Source: Mantamonas sphyraenae STR306
Taxonomy: Eukaryota > Protista > CRuMs
Direction of reading: 5' to 3'
DNA: 64,000 bases
NCBI GenBank assembly: GCA_026936335.1
Contig: JAPMXV010000041.1
Coordinates: 100,708 to 164,707 of the forward strand
Part shown: in pieces, positions 34,453 through 45,814 of the stretch
Numbering within the stretch: position 1 is the first letter of the stretch
Layout: every line of letters starts with the position of its first letter
The notes under the pieces: model-generated
Told to the model about the DNA's origin: nothing
What the model saw: the letters and a program-made list of their open reading frames with translations, nothing else
Database searches by the model: none
Position numbers and translations under genes: made by a program

Positions 34453-37053
34453 GCTGCTACTGCTGCTGCGTGCAGAAGCGTCAGCGTCGTTGAACAGGGC
34501 AAACTTGAGGATCTCAGCAGCCACAGTGGCATCCTCCTTTTCCACCTTGCCCGAGAGACGCAGGCGTGCGTGTGCAGTGGCCAGACGGATGAGACACTCG
34601 AGGGTACGCACGGTGATGGGCAGCGTCTTTGTGGTTTCAATGTTGCGCAGGTTGGCGTACTCCTCGGCCAGGACCTCGCTGGTCTCCTGCTGCAGCTCGG
34701 GCTTGATGCGTGCCTTTGCATACGCAATGTACTTCTTCATAAAGTCCACCTTGAGGACGGTGTTCTTGGGGCGTCCGGGCATGCTGTTGTCATACATGGC
34801 CTCCTCGTGGTTGTCGTCCTCCTCATCATCCCCTTCGGCCTGTGCCTCTTCGCCCGTGTCCTCCAGTCGGTTCTCCATGCGTGTGTGTGCACTTGCGTCC
34901 TTGTTCTTGTCCTTGAACAGGTGCATCTTCAACACGTGTGCGCTGATCTCTCTGTCCAGCGTGGCGTCGATGTTGTCCAACACAATGAAGAGCAGATCGA
35001 AACGTGAGAGCAACGAGTCGGGCAGTCCAATGTTCTCGTGAGGAGTGCGCTCCCTGTTGTACTGGCCATACACAGGGTTTGCCGCAGCCACCACACTGCA
35101 TCGTGCATGCAACTCGGCATGGATTCCGGCCTTGGCAATCGTCACTGTTTGCTGTTCCATCACCTCGTGGATGGCCACTCGGTCGTTGTCACCCATCTTG
35201 TCAAACTCATCCACACACACCACGCCACGATCCGCCAGCACAAACGCACCTGCCTCCAGGCGCCGTTCACCCGTCTCTGGATCGGTGGTCACGGCTGCAG
35301 TGAGACCCACCCCTGAGGAGCCTCGACCTGTGGTGTTGATGGCCAACGGGGCCAGATGGAGCACAAAGCGAAGCAGCTGCGACTTGGCCGTGGACGGATC
35401 ACCCACCATGAGCATGTTGAGATCACCACGCAGATGGGTGCCATTGGGCAGTGTCTTTTCCTCACCACCCAGCAGCAACAGCAACACCGCCTTTTTCATG
35501 TACTCGTGGCCGTAGATGCTCGGCGCCACACTCTGACACATAAAATCCAGCAGTTCGCCCTGGTTGCCTGCCTTGGCCTGAGCCAGACCCAGGATGCGTG
35601 ACACGTCGTCACTCTCCAACACAGCTGCACTCTGTTCCTTGCTCTTTTTGATCACCTGGTTGGCAATCAGCAGCGTGCGAAACACGCCACTGCTGCTTCC
35701 CTTGGCATACGTGGGTCCAATCGCACGGTAGATACCCACCAACCGCACTCGGTCCCCTGGCTTCACAGAGTCCACCAGGTCGTCCGTCAGCACAGCCTGG
35801 CAGCTGCGCGGCAGCTGGCCCGCAGGTGCATGTTCGGGCATCTCCTGCAACTGGATGTACTGGTTGTCCGTGTACTCGCAATGTCCATACTCCGTCGTCA
35901 ATGGCTGGTCGTTCTCGTCCTGTGTGTCACACACATAGTCGTCGGCCAATCGTCAGTGGGTGTCCGTGCCGGGGGGGTCCGTGTCAGAGAGCGTCGTTTG
36001 TCAAAAAGCACGGCCAATTTGTGTGCACCCCCCCCCGTCGGCTTGTAACCACCCGTCTCCAGGGCCACGATGCCACTGCCAACACTGGACAATGCACCCA
36101 TGGCATACAAACTCACCTTGGTCGGGTATGTAGAAAGCGTCGGAGCGCCGACGAGCGACGTGGCGTCACGGTAGGTGCGTGAAAGGAACGAGTTGCCCGT
36201 CTCCGAGTAGTGCACCGACTTGGCAATGCGCGGCCGCACAAGCGACACTATGTGACATGCACACACACACACACACACACACACGTGACCCAACGTTCTG
36301 TGTCAGTCGCTCGTCCTATGTGGCCCCCTTTTCCCTCCCCTGCATGCCTGCCTACGCCGTACGTGCGCCGACCTGTCAAAAGCGGAGAGGGCTTGATCAC
36401 ACCTCCGCACTTTTGGCAGGCGCCCCCCTCCCGCCCTGCCATCATCCATCCTCACCACGTACCTTTGGTCACAATGCCCTCCAATGCAACCATCTTGGAC
36501 ACAAAGTGGCTGTCGAGCTGCCGCGGCGTAACCAGGTGCGAGACAAAGGAGCCTTCGAAGCCGACGTGAAACTCGCGCACCGTCTTGGCATAATCCGGAT
36601 AGTTTGCCTTCATAAAGTCTGACAGGCCCTCTTCAAACGCACGAATGTACTCCACAGGTTTGTTCAGCACTCCCTGTGCCAGGTCTGTGTTGAAGTCCCG
36701 CAGGTCGTTCAGGTTCACCGTCAGACGGTTCTCGTTCTCCTCCATCATGGCGTCGATTTTCAACGCGTACGGCGAATTGCCCTGTCCCCGCACATGGACG
36801 CATGTACACCACACATGTCAGTCATCACCGGTTGGTCCATGGGCATATGTGGCACCACGTGGCATGCCCTGGCTGTGGATGGCCTCCAGTGCGGCACAAA
36901 GCGGGGTCCAAGACAAGCGACACGCGCGTGGTGATCATGCGCCAACCAAGCAGCGTAGAAAACCCCCCCAAAACTCACCTCTTGGTCAAGAAACTCGGCA
37001 AAGGCACTCTTGATGGACTCGTCCACCTCGTACAGGTCAGTGGCGGATGTCAT
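33886..37053 (-). CDS. MCM3: DNA replication licensing factor MCM3, multi-exon
   Basis: QEMPEHAPAGQLPRS, GDPSTAKSQLLR, TTGRGSSGVGLTAAVTTDPETGERRLEAGA, VDEFDKM, SRFD. Confidence 0.95.
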
Positions 37054-37099
37054 TGTCTGCAACAAGGTGTGTGGGCTGGGTGCGATGGCGCGTATTGTA

Positions 37100-37199
37100 T
37101 TGGCCACATGGCTGTGCACATGGCCTTTGGCTAGTCGATGCACCACATGGTGCGACAAGGTAGTATGGGTAAGCCTGTGGATTTGGATCTGTAGGCCGA
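37100..37199 (-). ncRNA. Putative omegaRNA scaffold of Fanzor 2
   Basis: Stems 37102-37110/37117-37125 (two G-U pairs on the minus strand only), 37134-37156 and ~37172-37197, between the Fanzor stop codon and the terminal TA. Confidence 0.55.
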
Positions 37200-40100
37200 T
37201 CATTTGCCTCCTTCGTCGCTTGGTACCCTTTGTCGCTTGGGAGCATGCTGTTGTGGTTGTGACCCACCCGAATCCTCTTCTTCCCCCACTTCCTCATCTC
37301 TTCTCTTCTTGCTTCTCTCGCCTGCCTTGTCTGCTGCCTTGCGTTGCACCTTGATTTTCTTTGTTGGCTTCTCCATCCAGACGCCTGTGACAAAGAAGAG
37401 CATCTGCCGCCAGAAGATGCAGTGTGCAGAGCCTCGGTCTCTCTGAACTGCCTGGTGCAAGTTGTGCTCACCCTCGCCCTCCATCTCTTTGCATGCGTGC
37501 CGTTGTGCAAAGCGTTTGAGCTGCTTGGTGGCGTCAAACATGTTGGAGTCGATGTCCGACAGGCAGTGGCTGCTGCACGTCCGCCATCGCCCAAACTTCT
37601 CAGCGCCAAAGTCGTCCAAGTTGTCGACAGCGCTGCCACAGAAGCACTGCTGCGATGTATACCTCTCGTCTGCTGCAATGACGACAAAGTGGTTGGCCAG
37701 CATCTCCCGCATCTCCTGCGATTTCCCGCGTCCGCCAAACGTCTTTGTCGGCTGCAGCACAATCACCTGCTCCAGGCCCAGATGCGCGCGGAACTTGTGG
37801 ATCACGGAGATCATCTCACGCACGCCTGCCATCCTTCGTTTGCGAAACGTTGCGTACTGCGCACGCATGTGCTTCGCATCCTTGTGCAAATCTTTTCCGA
37901 AGACACGTTGCTTGTACTCCTCCTTGAAGTCCGTGTACGACGCCAGCACTCGGTCCTGCCCTGCCTTGTGTGCCTGCACATCGTGGCTGTCCAGGGGCAA
38001 GGTGGCCACATACAGCTGGCCGTCCCGCACAAAGATCGCCTCGACCCAGTCGCGTCCACGACCAGGGTCAATGCTGATCCACAGCACCTTGCGTGCATGC
38101 TCAAGGACTGCGTATCCATTCTTGGCAAAGGCCTTGACCTGCTCGACCAAGCCACGCTTCGGAACGGGGTACTTCGGGAAACCGGGAGCAATCTTCTGGA
38201 TCTCGGTCGTCCACGTGTCTGGCATGCCCGTGGGCTTCAGCACGGCCAGGGCAATCAGCGCGTTCTTCTTGGGGTCCAGCAGAAGGGGCAGGAGATGAGC
38301 CATCCTTGGCCTGATCAATGTTGCGAGGCTCGCCGGTGAAGGCAGGAGAGTGTGAACTCTTGGTGGCTGTAACACAAACGCTCGTCTGTACTTGCCCTGA
38401 GCGGCGATTCCACCAGAGAGCATGCGCATGCTGCTGGCGCTGACGTTCTTCAGCAGGCACCTTGCGTTTTTCGTGCCAACGCCGCGCGTGAGCATGAGTA
38501 TTGACTTCACGGGAACTGTTCGCAGCGGCCGTTTCCCTGCCCAGTGCTTGTTGGGCAGATCCTCGTCACTGTTGTTTTCTGGCATGCGACGAGCATACCG
38601 ACACCGATACACTGCCTGCTTGAGCCATTTAGGGAGACTCGGGATGGCCTCATCCGTCAAAACCCACTCGCGTTCTTTCAGTGCATTCCACCAACCCGGA
38701 TTGGCGTCCGACTTGGCGTTCGGGTTTGCGTCTGGGGGGTCGTTTGGGTTGGCGTCCGGGTTGGCGTCCGGGTTGGCGTCCGGGTTGGCGTCCGGGTTGG
38801 CGTCCGGGTTGGCGTCTTGGGGGTCATCTGGGTTGGCATTCCCGTTCGGCTTTCCATGGGCTTTCCACCTTGCTTCCATGGTGTTCACAAAGATCTTAAA
38901 CGCGTACGTCTTGACGGAGTACGCGCCGAAGACGAACTGGCCGCCAATGTCAACCGGACCGGGAAACATCGCGTCAACACAGTCCAATGATGCTGCTGTC
39001 GATGCAATGGCGCGCTTTGCTTGTGTGCTTTTGAGATTGGTCTTCAGGTCGGGCTTGAGCATCACATCCAACAGCACAGACAACGCGTCCCGTTTGCCAC
39101 GCACGTGCTTGCCGAGTTGATCCGAGAGACTTGCGCACACCTCCTCGTACGGGTCCCATGGAGGTACACCTTGTGAGCGCTGCGCATCCACAGAGAGCTG
39201 CGCATCCACGGAGGACTCCTGCACATCCATGGATGACTCCACATCCACAGAGGGCAGCACATCCACGGAGGACTCCTGCACATCCATGGATGACTCCACA
39301 TCCACAGAGGGCAGCACATCCACGGAGGACTCCTGCACATCCATGGATGACTCCACATCCACAGAGGGCAGCACATCCACGGAGGACTCCTGCACATCCA
39401 TGGATGACTCCACATCCACAGAGGGCAGCACATCCACGGAGGACTCCTGCACATCCATGGATGACTCCACATCCACAGAGGGCAGCACATCCACGGAGGA
39501 CTCCTGCACATCCATGGAGGGCCCCTGGACCTCCACTGAAGAGTGAGCAGCAGCCGCGGCAGCAGCCTTTGTGGCCTTGTGGATGGGCTGAGAGAACACA
39601 AAGTCACGTGTGTCCTTTGTCGACACCTGGTGGGTTTGGAACGCCTTCTTGGTCTTTGCATAGCTTGTACGCATGAGCGCGGCGACGCTGGCCACGATGG
39701 CGGACATGGGCAGCTCGCTGGGCGCCCCGTTCCTCATCAGCGCCACGATCATCGGGTAGGCACACAAGGAGATGGCCGACTGCAGGCTGCCATTGAAGGC
39801 ACGAGCGATGTCATTGGCCATGCTCGACACGGGCGCCTCCGAAAGATCCACCTTCAGACGCGTGACCATGAAGGAAAAGTCGAAACCATGTTGACCATCG
39901 CCCGCCTTCTGTATCCCGTTCCTGGTAAATCGTACAGACTTGAGCTCCTCTGGGGTGTCCACGTTCTCCTTGAGTACCTTGAGGTTGTGCGTCGCCACTG
40001 TGCGCAGGGCCGTGAACGCTTCGAGCAGGTAGAAGGGCTTCACGCGGCTGTGATCTTCCACCATCCCGTCGACCACCATCCCGTCAATCATCGTCTGATC

Positions 40101-43100
40101 CTCTGTTGGCAGCTCCGCCTCGTCCAGCTCCGACTCATCCAGCTCCACCTCATCCAGCTCCGCCTCCCCCTGCTCGTCGCTGCCATCCACCGATTGCTGA
40201 CGTCCATGGGGCGCAGTGAACCATGCAGTTGGGTCCTTTTTCACCTCTGGAATCACCTGGTCGACGAACCATGCTCGAAGCAAGGCTGTTTGCACGAGCA
40301 TACAGTCCGCCAATGCTCCAAGCACGTCAGCCTCGCTCTTTCCAAGCCCACGCACGTTCGCCTCCAGCTTCAGATTCTTCTTGAGATCGCTTTGGTACTC
40401 AACAAAGTCGTGCTCCCTGATCGCCGTGGCCGAAGGCAGCAGCGTGGCGAAATCAAAACCGTGCGGAATCCACACGGGTCGCCCACGCCGGCTTCCCTTC
40501 ACGTCATCCTTGTCATAAAAAGCATCCTTGAGCGGCGTCAATGTCTCGCCCTCTGTTGTTGCCCCTGTCTGGAGCGCCACCTCGAATAGGTCCGCACGGG
40601 TCGCTGATGATGGGGTCGCAGGAGGGCGAAGCACTTGGCCATCCTTCCGCAGGAGCACTGCCAGTTGTTTCTCGTGCCGTGCTGTGATCACATGTGGAAC
40701 AGATGTCCACCTTTTAACGGCCTCACGGGAACCGAGTGACTCCTCCTTGTTCTTTTTGAAGACAGATGCATCAAAGCCAGCAGGAATCTCCTCCACAAGC
40801 TGCTCGATTTCGGCTTCAGTTGCCGTCAGCAGGTAGGGCACCGCACAGTCCTCCTCGTCCGGCTCCGTGGCGTCCTCCTGGCCCACCATGGCCTTCGCAA
40901 CATCCTTGTGAATGCCCTGTGCGAGATGGAATGGCATCTCCTGCACGTGCAGCGTCCCTTCCCGTGCACTGTGGCCACGCCCGAGCTTGTACTCCATATG
41001 CATACGGGTGTCATCGGTGTTCTTCAGCTCTGGCTTGTGGTTGTAGGTGATGTTGACCTCAGTCAAGCCCAATGCTTGTGCCAACTCCTCCACTGAGCGC
41101 GGTTTCGGCTTGGCCTGCGTACACAGTCTGCTGAACGACTCCATCACGGTCTGCGCGCGTTGATGATCGAGACCATGCACTCCTCCAAGCCGCTGGCAGA
41201 CTGCTTGCGCCAAGGCGACGGCCGACATCGGACCATGGTCACGTTCGGTCTCCTCCAGACCCACCGTGAGCAGCTGCTGCCTCAGCGCTTCAGTCTCTTC
41301 TTCCTTCTTTTCGTCGTCACTCTTGATCGATGATTTCCCTCGCGATTTGGTCTTTGTCGTCTTCCCCTTTTTGGGCTTCTTCTTGACTCCCTTGGCCCAG
41401 GTTATCAGTTTCCATGAGGTCGCTTTGGCGTGCACTTTCTTCGTGTCCACCACATGGGCGTTGAAGATGTTGACAACCCGCAGCCCCGGAGCTGACCCAT
41501 GGAGTGCGAGGCCAGCCATGAGACGCCCCTCGCGGTGGCACAGAACGACATCGTCCTCGGCCTTGACCTGGTTTTTGGCGGCCTGCTTTCTGACGGCCTT
41601 ATTCTGACGGCCTGGTTTGTGACGAACTCGTCCAGTGACATCGTTGCCACTTGATGGGCAGCAAGGTAGTCGCGCATCACTGGCGCCAGGGTGGTGACAG
41701 TGGCACGAGCGGCGAACGCTCGCTGCTTGGCGTTGGAGAAGGTGTCCTGGGACGCAGCTGCACTCAGTTGCTGGTAGAAGCGTTGCAGCTCGGCTGGCGT
41801 GGCTCGACCTGCAAACAGTGCGGCTGTGGACACGACGTCGTCCACAACCACAACCGTGCGAGTCGAGAACAGCTTGCTCAATCTGGGCAACACAGTGTCG
41901 AGGATCGTGGTGACCCATTGCCAGGCAGAGGTGAACGTGGCGGGATGCGTGATGGTATGGTCGGAGAGGTGCAAGTAGCGAGCGGCGAGGCTGCTGAGGC
42001 CAACGTACACTGCGGCAAGGCGGGTTCCCCCCGACCCAGCGACGCCACGCTGCACACCACCCTCCACGCCCTCGTTGACAGCAGAGTCAGCCAAAGGTGG
42101 GGGTTGCCAGTTGTCGTTCAACACGTCCAGACACTTGGCGGTCACTGGCGTCTTGTCGCCGCTTGAAGTCGGAAGCTGTGTCAGCTGCCCTGCTGCCGAT
42201 GTCTGCGTGGCGGGCACACGGTTGAAACGGAGCCCACGCACAGATGCGGTTGACCCGGCAACCTGCACCCGAGTCGAAGGTGGCCGTCCCAGAGGCGCTG
42301 GTGTTGTCCCACGAGCCCGTGCAGCGTGCGCGTACAAACGCCTTCCAGCAGCTGAGGTGGAGCTCTCCTTGCTCTGCATCACAACTCGCGGGCCCCTGAT
42401 GGCCATGGGCTTGCGGAACACGTTTGATTTGTTGTCGAGAGCCACGGTGCCCATGGCAGACGGCAACCGCCACTCCTTTTCCGGTTGAGACTTGAGGAAG
42501 ACCAGTTTGAAACCCGTGGGCGCAAGCTCAGGCGCTGGCCACTCCTCGTCAGTCAGCTGCTGCGCAAGGTCATTGTACACACGGAATTTCCCTTCCGCCA
42601 GTGGAAGCCATGCCGTGTAGTGGGCCCCTTTGAAACAGAGCACCCCGAAGGGCACTTGCTGCTCTTGCTCCGGCAGGCCCTCGCCCACACGCTGCTGGAG
42701 TGCTCCTCGCTCCGCAAGCTTTGCAACCCCTGCGGCGTCCGCTGGCGGGGGGGTACCACCATGCAACATCTGGATGGGGAATCCAGAGTCGAATGCGACC
42801 TCGAGGCGGTGATGGAAATCTGCCGAGTCACCCCACAGGTCGTCGCCCCCCGCGAGCGCTGTAGCGGCAAGGAAGAGATCGTTGCAGGCCACGGCATACA
42901 TGTCGTCGTCACAGAACATGGCCATGCACCAGGTCTGCCGCAGAAGGGCCGTGTTGACGACGCTGGGGTCTGTGTGTGCCGGCGCAAAGAAGAGGGGCGG
43001 GTGAGCAATCGGGTCAGCGGGATTGAGTGCGGTTTGAGCTTACCTTGCTCCCCAGGCTCAGGCCCCAACTGGGTCGGGTCGTTCCCGCCTGTCGTTACCT

Positions 43101-43419
43101 CCAGCCATGCGAGAAGGTACTTGCACATGGACGTTCGCAGAGGTGGAGAGGCGCGCACAGCAGTTGAATAGGACGACACCCAGCATGCCACCTTCGCGGT
43201 GTTGACACCGTTGACGTTGGCGTACCCTTGCATGTCACCTTCGGGCTCGCCCAGATTTGCAGGTAGTCTTGTTCGTGGTGTGTACAGGGAAATCGACTCG
43301 TTGTCGGCCACACAGGTCGGACACACCAGCGACACGTGAGATCGGGCTGACGTTACCCAGCACACCATGAGCACTGTCTCGTTGTTGCAGCTATGGTGCT
43401 GACACTTCAGAATCGACAT
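37200..43419 (-). CDS. Spliced USP-like peptidase - Fanzor fusion, ~2043 aa when a 14-bp insertion at ~41600 is removed; exons 43419-43044, 42969-37200
   Basis: Cys box GYANVNGVNTAKVACWVSS, spliced GEQDPS, His box GAHYTAWL..FRVYND. RuvC-I WISIDPG, ADERYTSQQCFC, CSSHC, RuvC-III QRDRGSAHCI. As assembled, the frame is broken at 41588-41613. Confidence 0.82.
38697..38840 (-). repeat. 12-bp coding repeat (NPDA)n in Fanzor 2
   Basis: gggttggcgtcc tandem units. Confidence 0.9.
39203..39520 (-). repeat. 57-bp coding tandem repeat (SMDVQESSVDVLPSVDVES) x ~5.5 in Fanzor 2
   Basis: Five identical 19-aa units plus a partial unit. Confidence 0.95.
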
Positions 43420-44739
43420 TCTACACTCTTGAAACTATTGACTCCACCCGCGCACTTGGGCCAGCCGCCGCTTTTCAGAGCAGGTCAGTTGTCAAACGTC
43501 AAGCCTCGCGCCTCGCTGTCAAATGCCGCAGAAAGCTTGTTGCCCTCTCCGACGACGCCCCCGAGCACTTGCACACAGTTCACAAGCCCCATCCTACACA
43601 GTCCTACGCACATCACTTGCTGCTCTGGAAGGGCCCCGCGCACGCCGTGCCGACGAGAACATCGAAACGCACGTTGGCCGTTTGCCGGCACAGAGAGGTT
43701 GAGATCCTGCAGTTCACAGTCGCTGAGGAGCACAGTGGCCCATGTAACGATGTTGAGGAACAGATGGAACAGAAGCTGGACCTGGACGACCAGGAGGGCG
43801 AGGAAGGTGGGGTGCTGCTTTCGCAGGCGTTGCACGTCACAATAGAGTCTCGGCTGTTTTGTACCTGGCAAACTCAATCCAGCAGGAGATAGATCACCGA
43901 GGAGGGGTTGAAAGGTAGGAGGCATGGCCACAACGCCAAGAAAAATTGATGAGTGGCTAGAAGTTGCCGCGTCGTCGCGCTGCGTCGTCGCCTCTACATG
44001 CAAATGTGGGTGTGATGTGCTGTCCCCGTTTTCAGTATGCTCCCTGTACGACGCCCGATTGCCCACCAAACCGGCAGACGCAGCGCTGGGCACCGCACGG
44101 GCAAAAGAGTGATGCTTCGTTGCCGTCGCGTGACCAGCAAGTGGCACACGTCCACAGGAACCAAACAGAGTCAAGTGGAAAGGCTGTGCGACTACACCAA
44201 GACACTACAGCAGGAAGCGCCCCTTGCCGTGGGGCCTTGGCCGTCCTCTACGACACAAAGAACCGCCTTGTCAGGCTACGTGAAAATCAGGTTGTGAATC
44301 CACGGTATCGGGCTTCACACGCTGTCTCATGGTGTTTGTAGATACATATTGGGACATGGGTCTGCTGAGGGGAGACGCATGTGCACAATAATTGTACTGG
44401 GTGTCAAGGGGTGCATCTCAACGGCGTCAACCTGCATGCTGCTCCTCCCACGGGTGTTGGAGCCAAAACCAGAGGACCATGTGGCATGATGACTGTATGC
44501 AGGCGTTCCATGGATTGTTTATGCACGGGGCGCATGGTACTGTTCGCAAAGCCCGGTTGCAACGGGGTCGCTCCTGACTGAGGAGACTGCTGCCAGGGGA
44601 GGTGGGCACTATCCACGCCTTGTAGGTGCCCCACTTAGCCCTCCCTGCTTCTCTTTGAGCCCCCCCGACACAAAGATGGCAATGGGAGTACGGGTTTTTC
44701 AGCACCAGCGTGCGCCCTGAATGGCTACGCTCCACGATC

Positions 44740-45760
44740 CTACATGCGGTACCCGCAGTGATGGACCCAGTTCCTCACATCAGCAGCCGTAACATGCCCC
44801 AATGCAGTACAGATCGCCGCGAAAGTGCAAATGTCCACTCGATGAAATTCCCTGCGGAGGACCGCCTTGAACTTGCTAAACATGAGCTCGATGGGGTTGA
44901 GCGTAGGTGTGCAAGGCGGGAGAAACTCGACATCCACCCCATACCAGGTGCACAGCTGGCGTACAGCATCGCCTTTGTGGATGGAGCAGTTGTCCATGAC
45001 CCAGAACTGTTTGGCGGCAATCTCGCATGCGGGGCAAGAGGTCTTGCTCCAGGAACTCCATAAACAGCTGCCGGTTGTATGACCCCTCTCGCATTGTGTA
45101 CGCTACCAGTGGCGAGCGCCCACCGGTGCTGATGGCCGCCAGCACGCTGATGCGCTTTTGCTTGGGATGGTTCTCCACAACGACCGCTGGTTGCCCACGT
45201 TTCGCACGACCATATCTCCTGTAGCACACTCTGTTGTTCACTGCAGTTTCGTCCAAGAAGACCACGTTCGGCGCTCGGAACACACCGCGAATCCTCATTG
45301 CTCGAGTAAACTCGCGTGTGCGCGCCACGGTGGATTCCCTGAACCGTTGCTTGGCGATAGCACTCACCTTCTTGCGAGTCAGTCCCATGCGCGCACAAGA
45401 ACGGCGAATTGTGGACAGAGATACCACCTTGTTGCGATGAAGAGCAACGGCTACTTGCAACTCGTCCAGGTACAGTCGCGGATCATCGGCCACCTGTTCA
45501 GCAATGAATTGGTCGTCATTGGCATCCAGGAGACGCCTGAACGGTGGTTGGGCCACAAGAGGGCGTACATGGCCCATGGCTCGGTGTTGACGTACAATCT
45601 TGGACACGACGGAAGGAGACACACCGAGAGCCTCCGCTGTGCCTCTGCACGAAGGACGCAAGCTGGATTGGTAGTGAAAGAGAATGCATTCTCGTTTGTC
45701 CGCCGAAAAGGCTTTGCCGTGGATGTATGACCCACCCGTTGCATTCGTTTTGACGGTCAT
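44740..45760 (-). CDS. IS630/Tc1-mariner DD34E transposase, frameshifted near 45000
   Basis: [45 protein letters not shown], then in another frame [21 protein letters not shown] (34 residues between D and E). Confidence 0.92.
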
Positions 45761-45814
45761 TTTTGTTTTGCGTTGCTGACCACAGCGCGCGGAACGCCAC
45801 AATACAAAGGAGCG

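Larger units (their letters stand above)
37100..45802 (-). mobile_element. Element 2: IS630/Tc1-mariner (DD34E) transposon carrying a USP-Fanzor gene and candidate omegaRNA
   Basis: Flanked by TA at 37098-37099 and 45803-45804. Ends TTG...CAA. Reconstructed empty site is the palindrome TTG-TA-CAA. Same gene order as element 1. Confidence 0.8.

Noticed and set aside
41650-41918. Start of the listed 1572-aa ORF as the true Fanzor N-terminus
   Set aside because: This stretch is an out-of-frame reading upstream of the 14-bp insertion; the real frame there is that of ORF 41405-42925.
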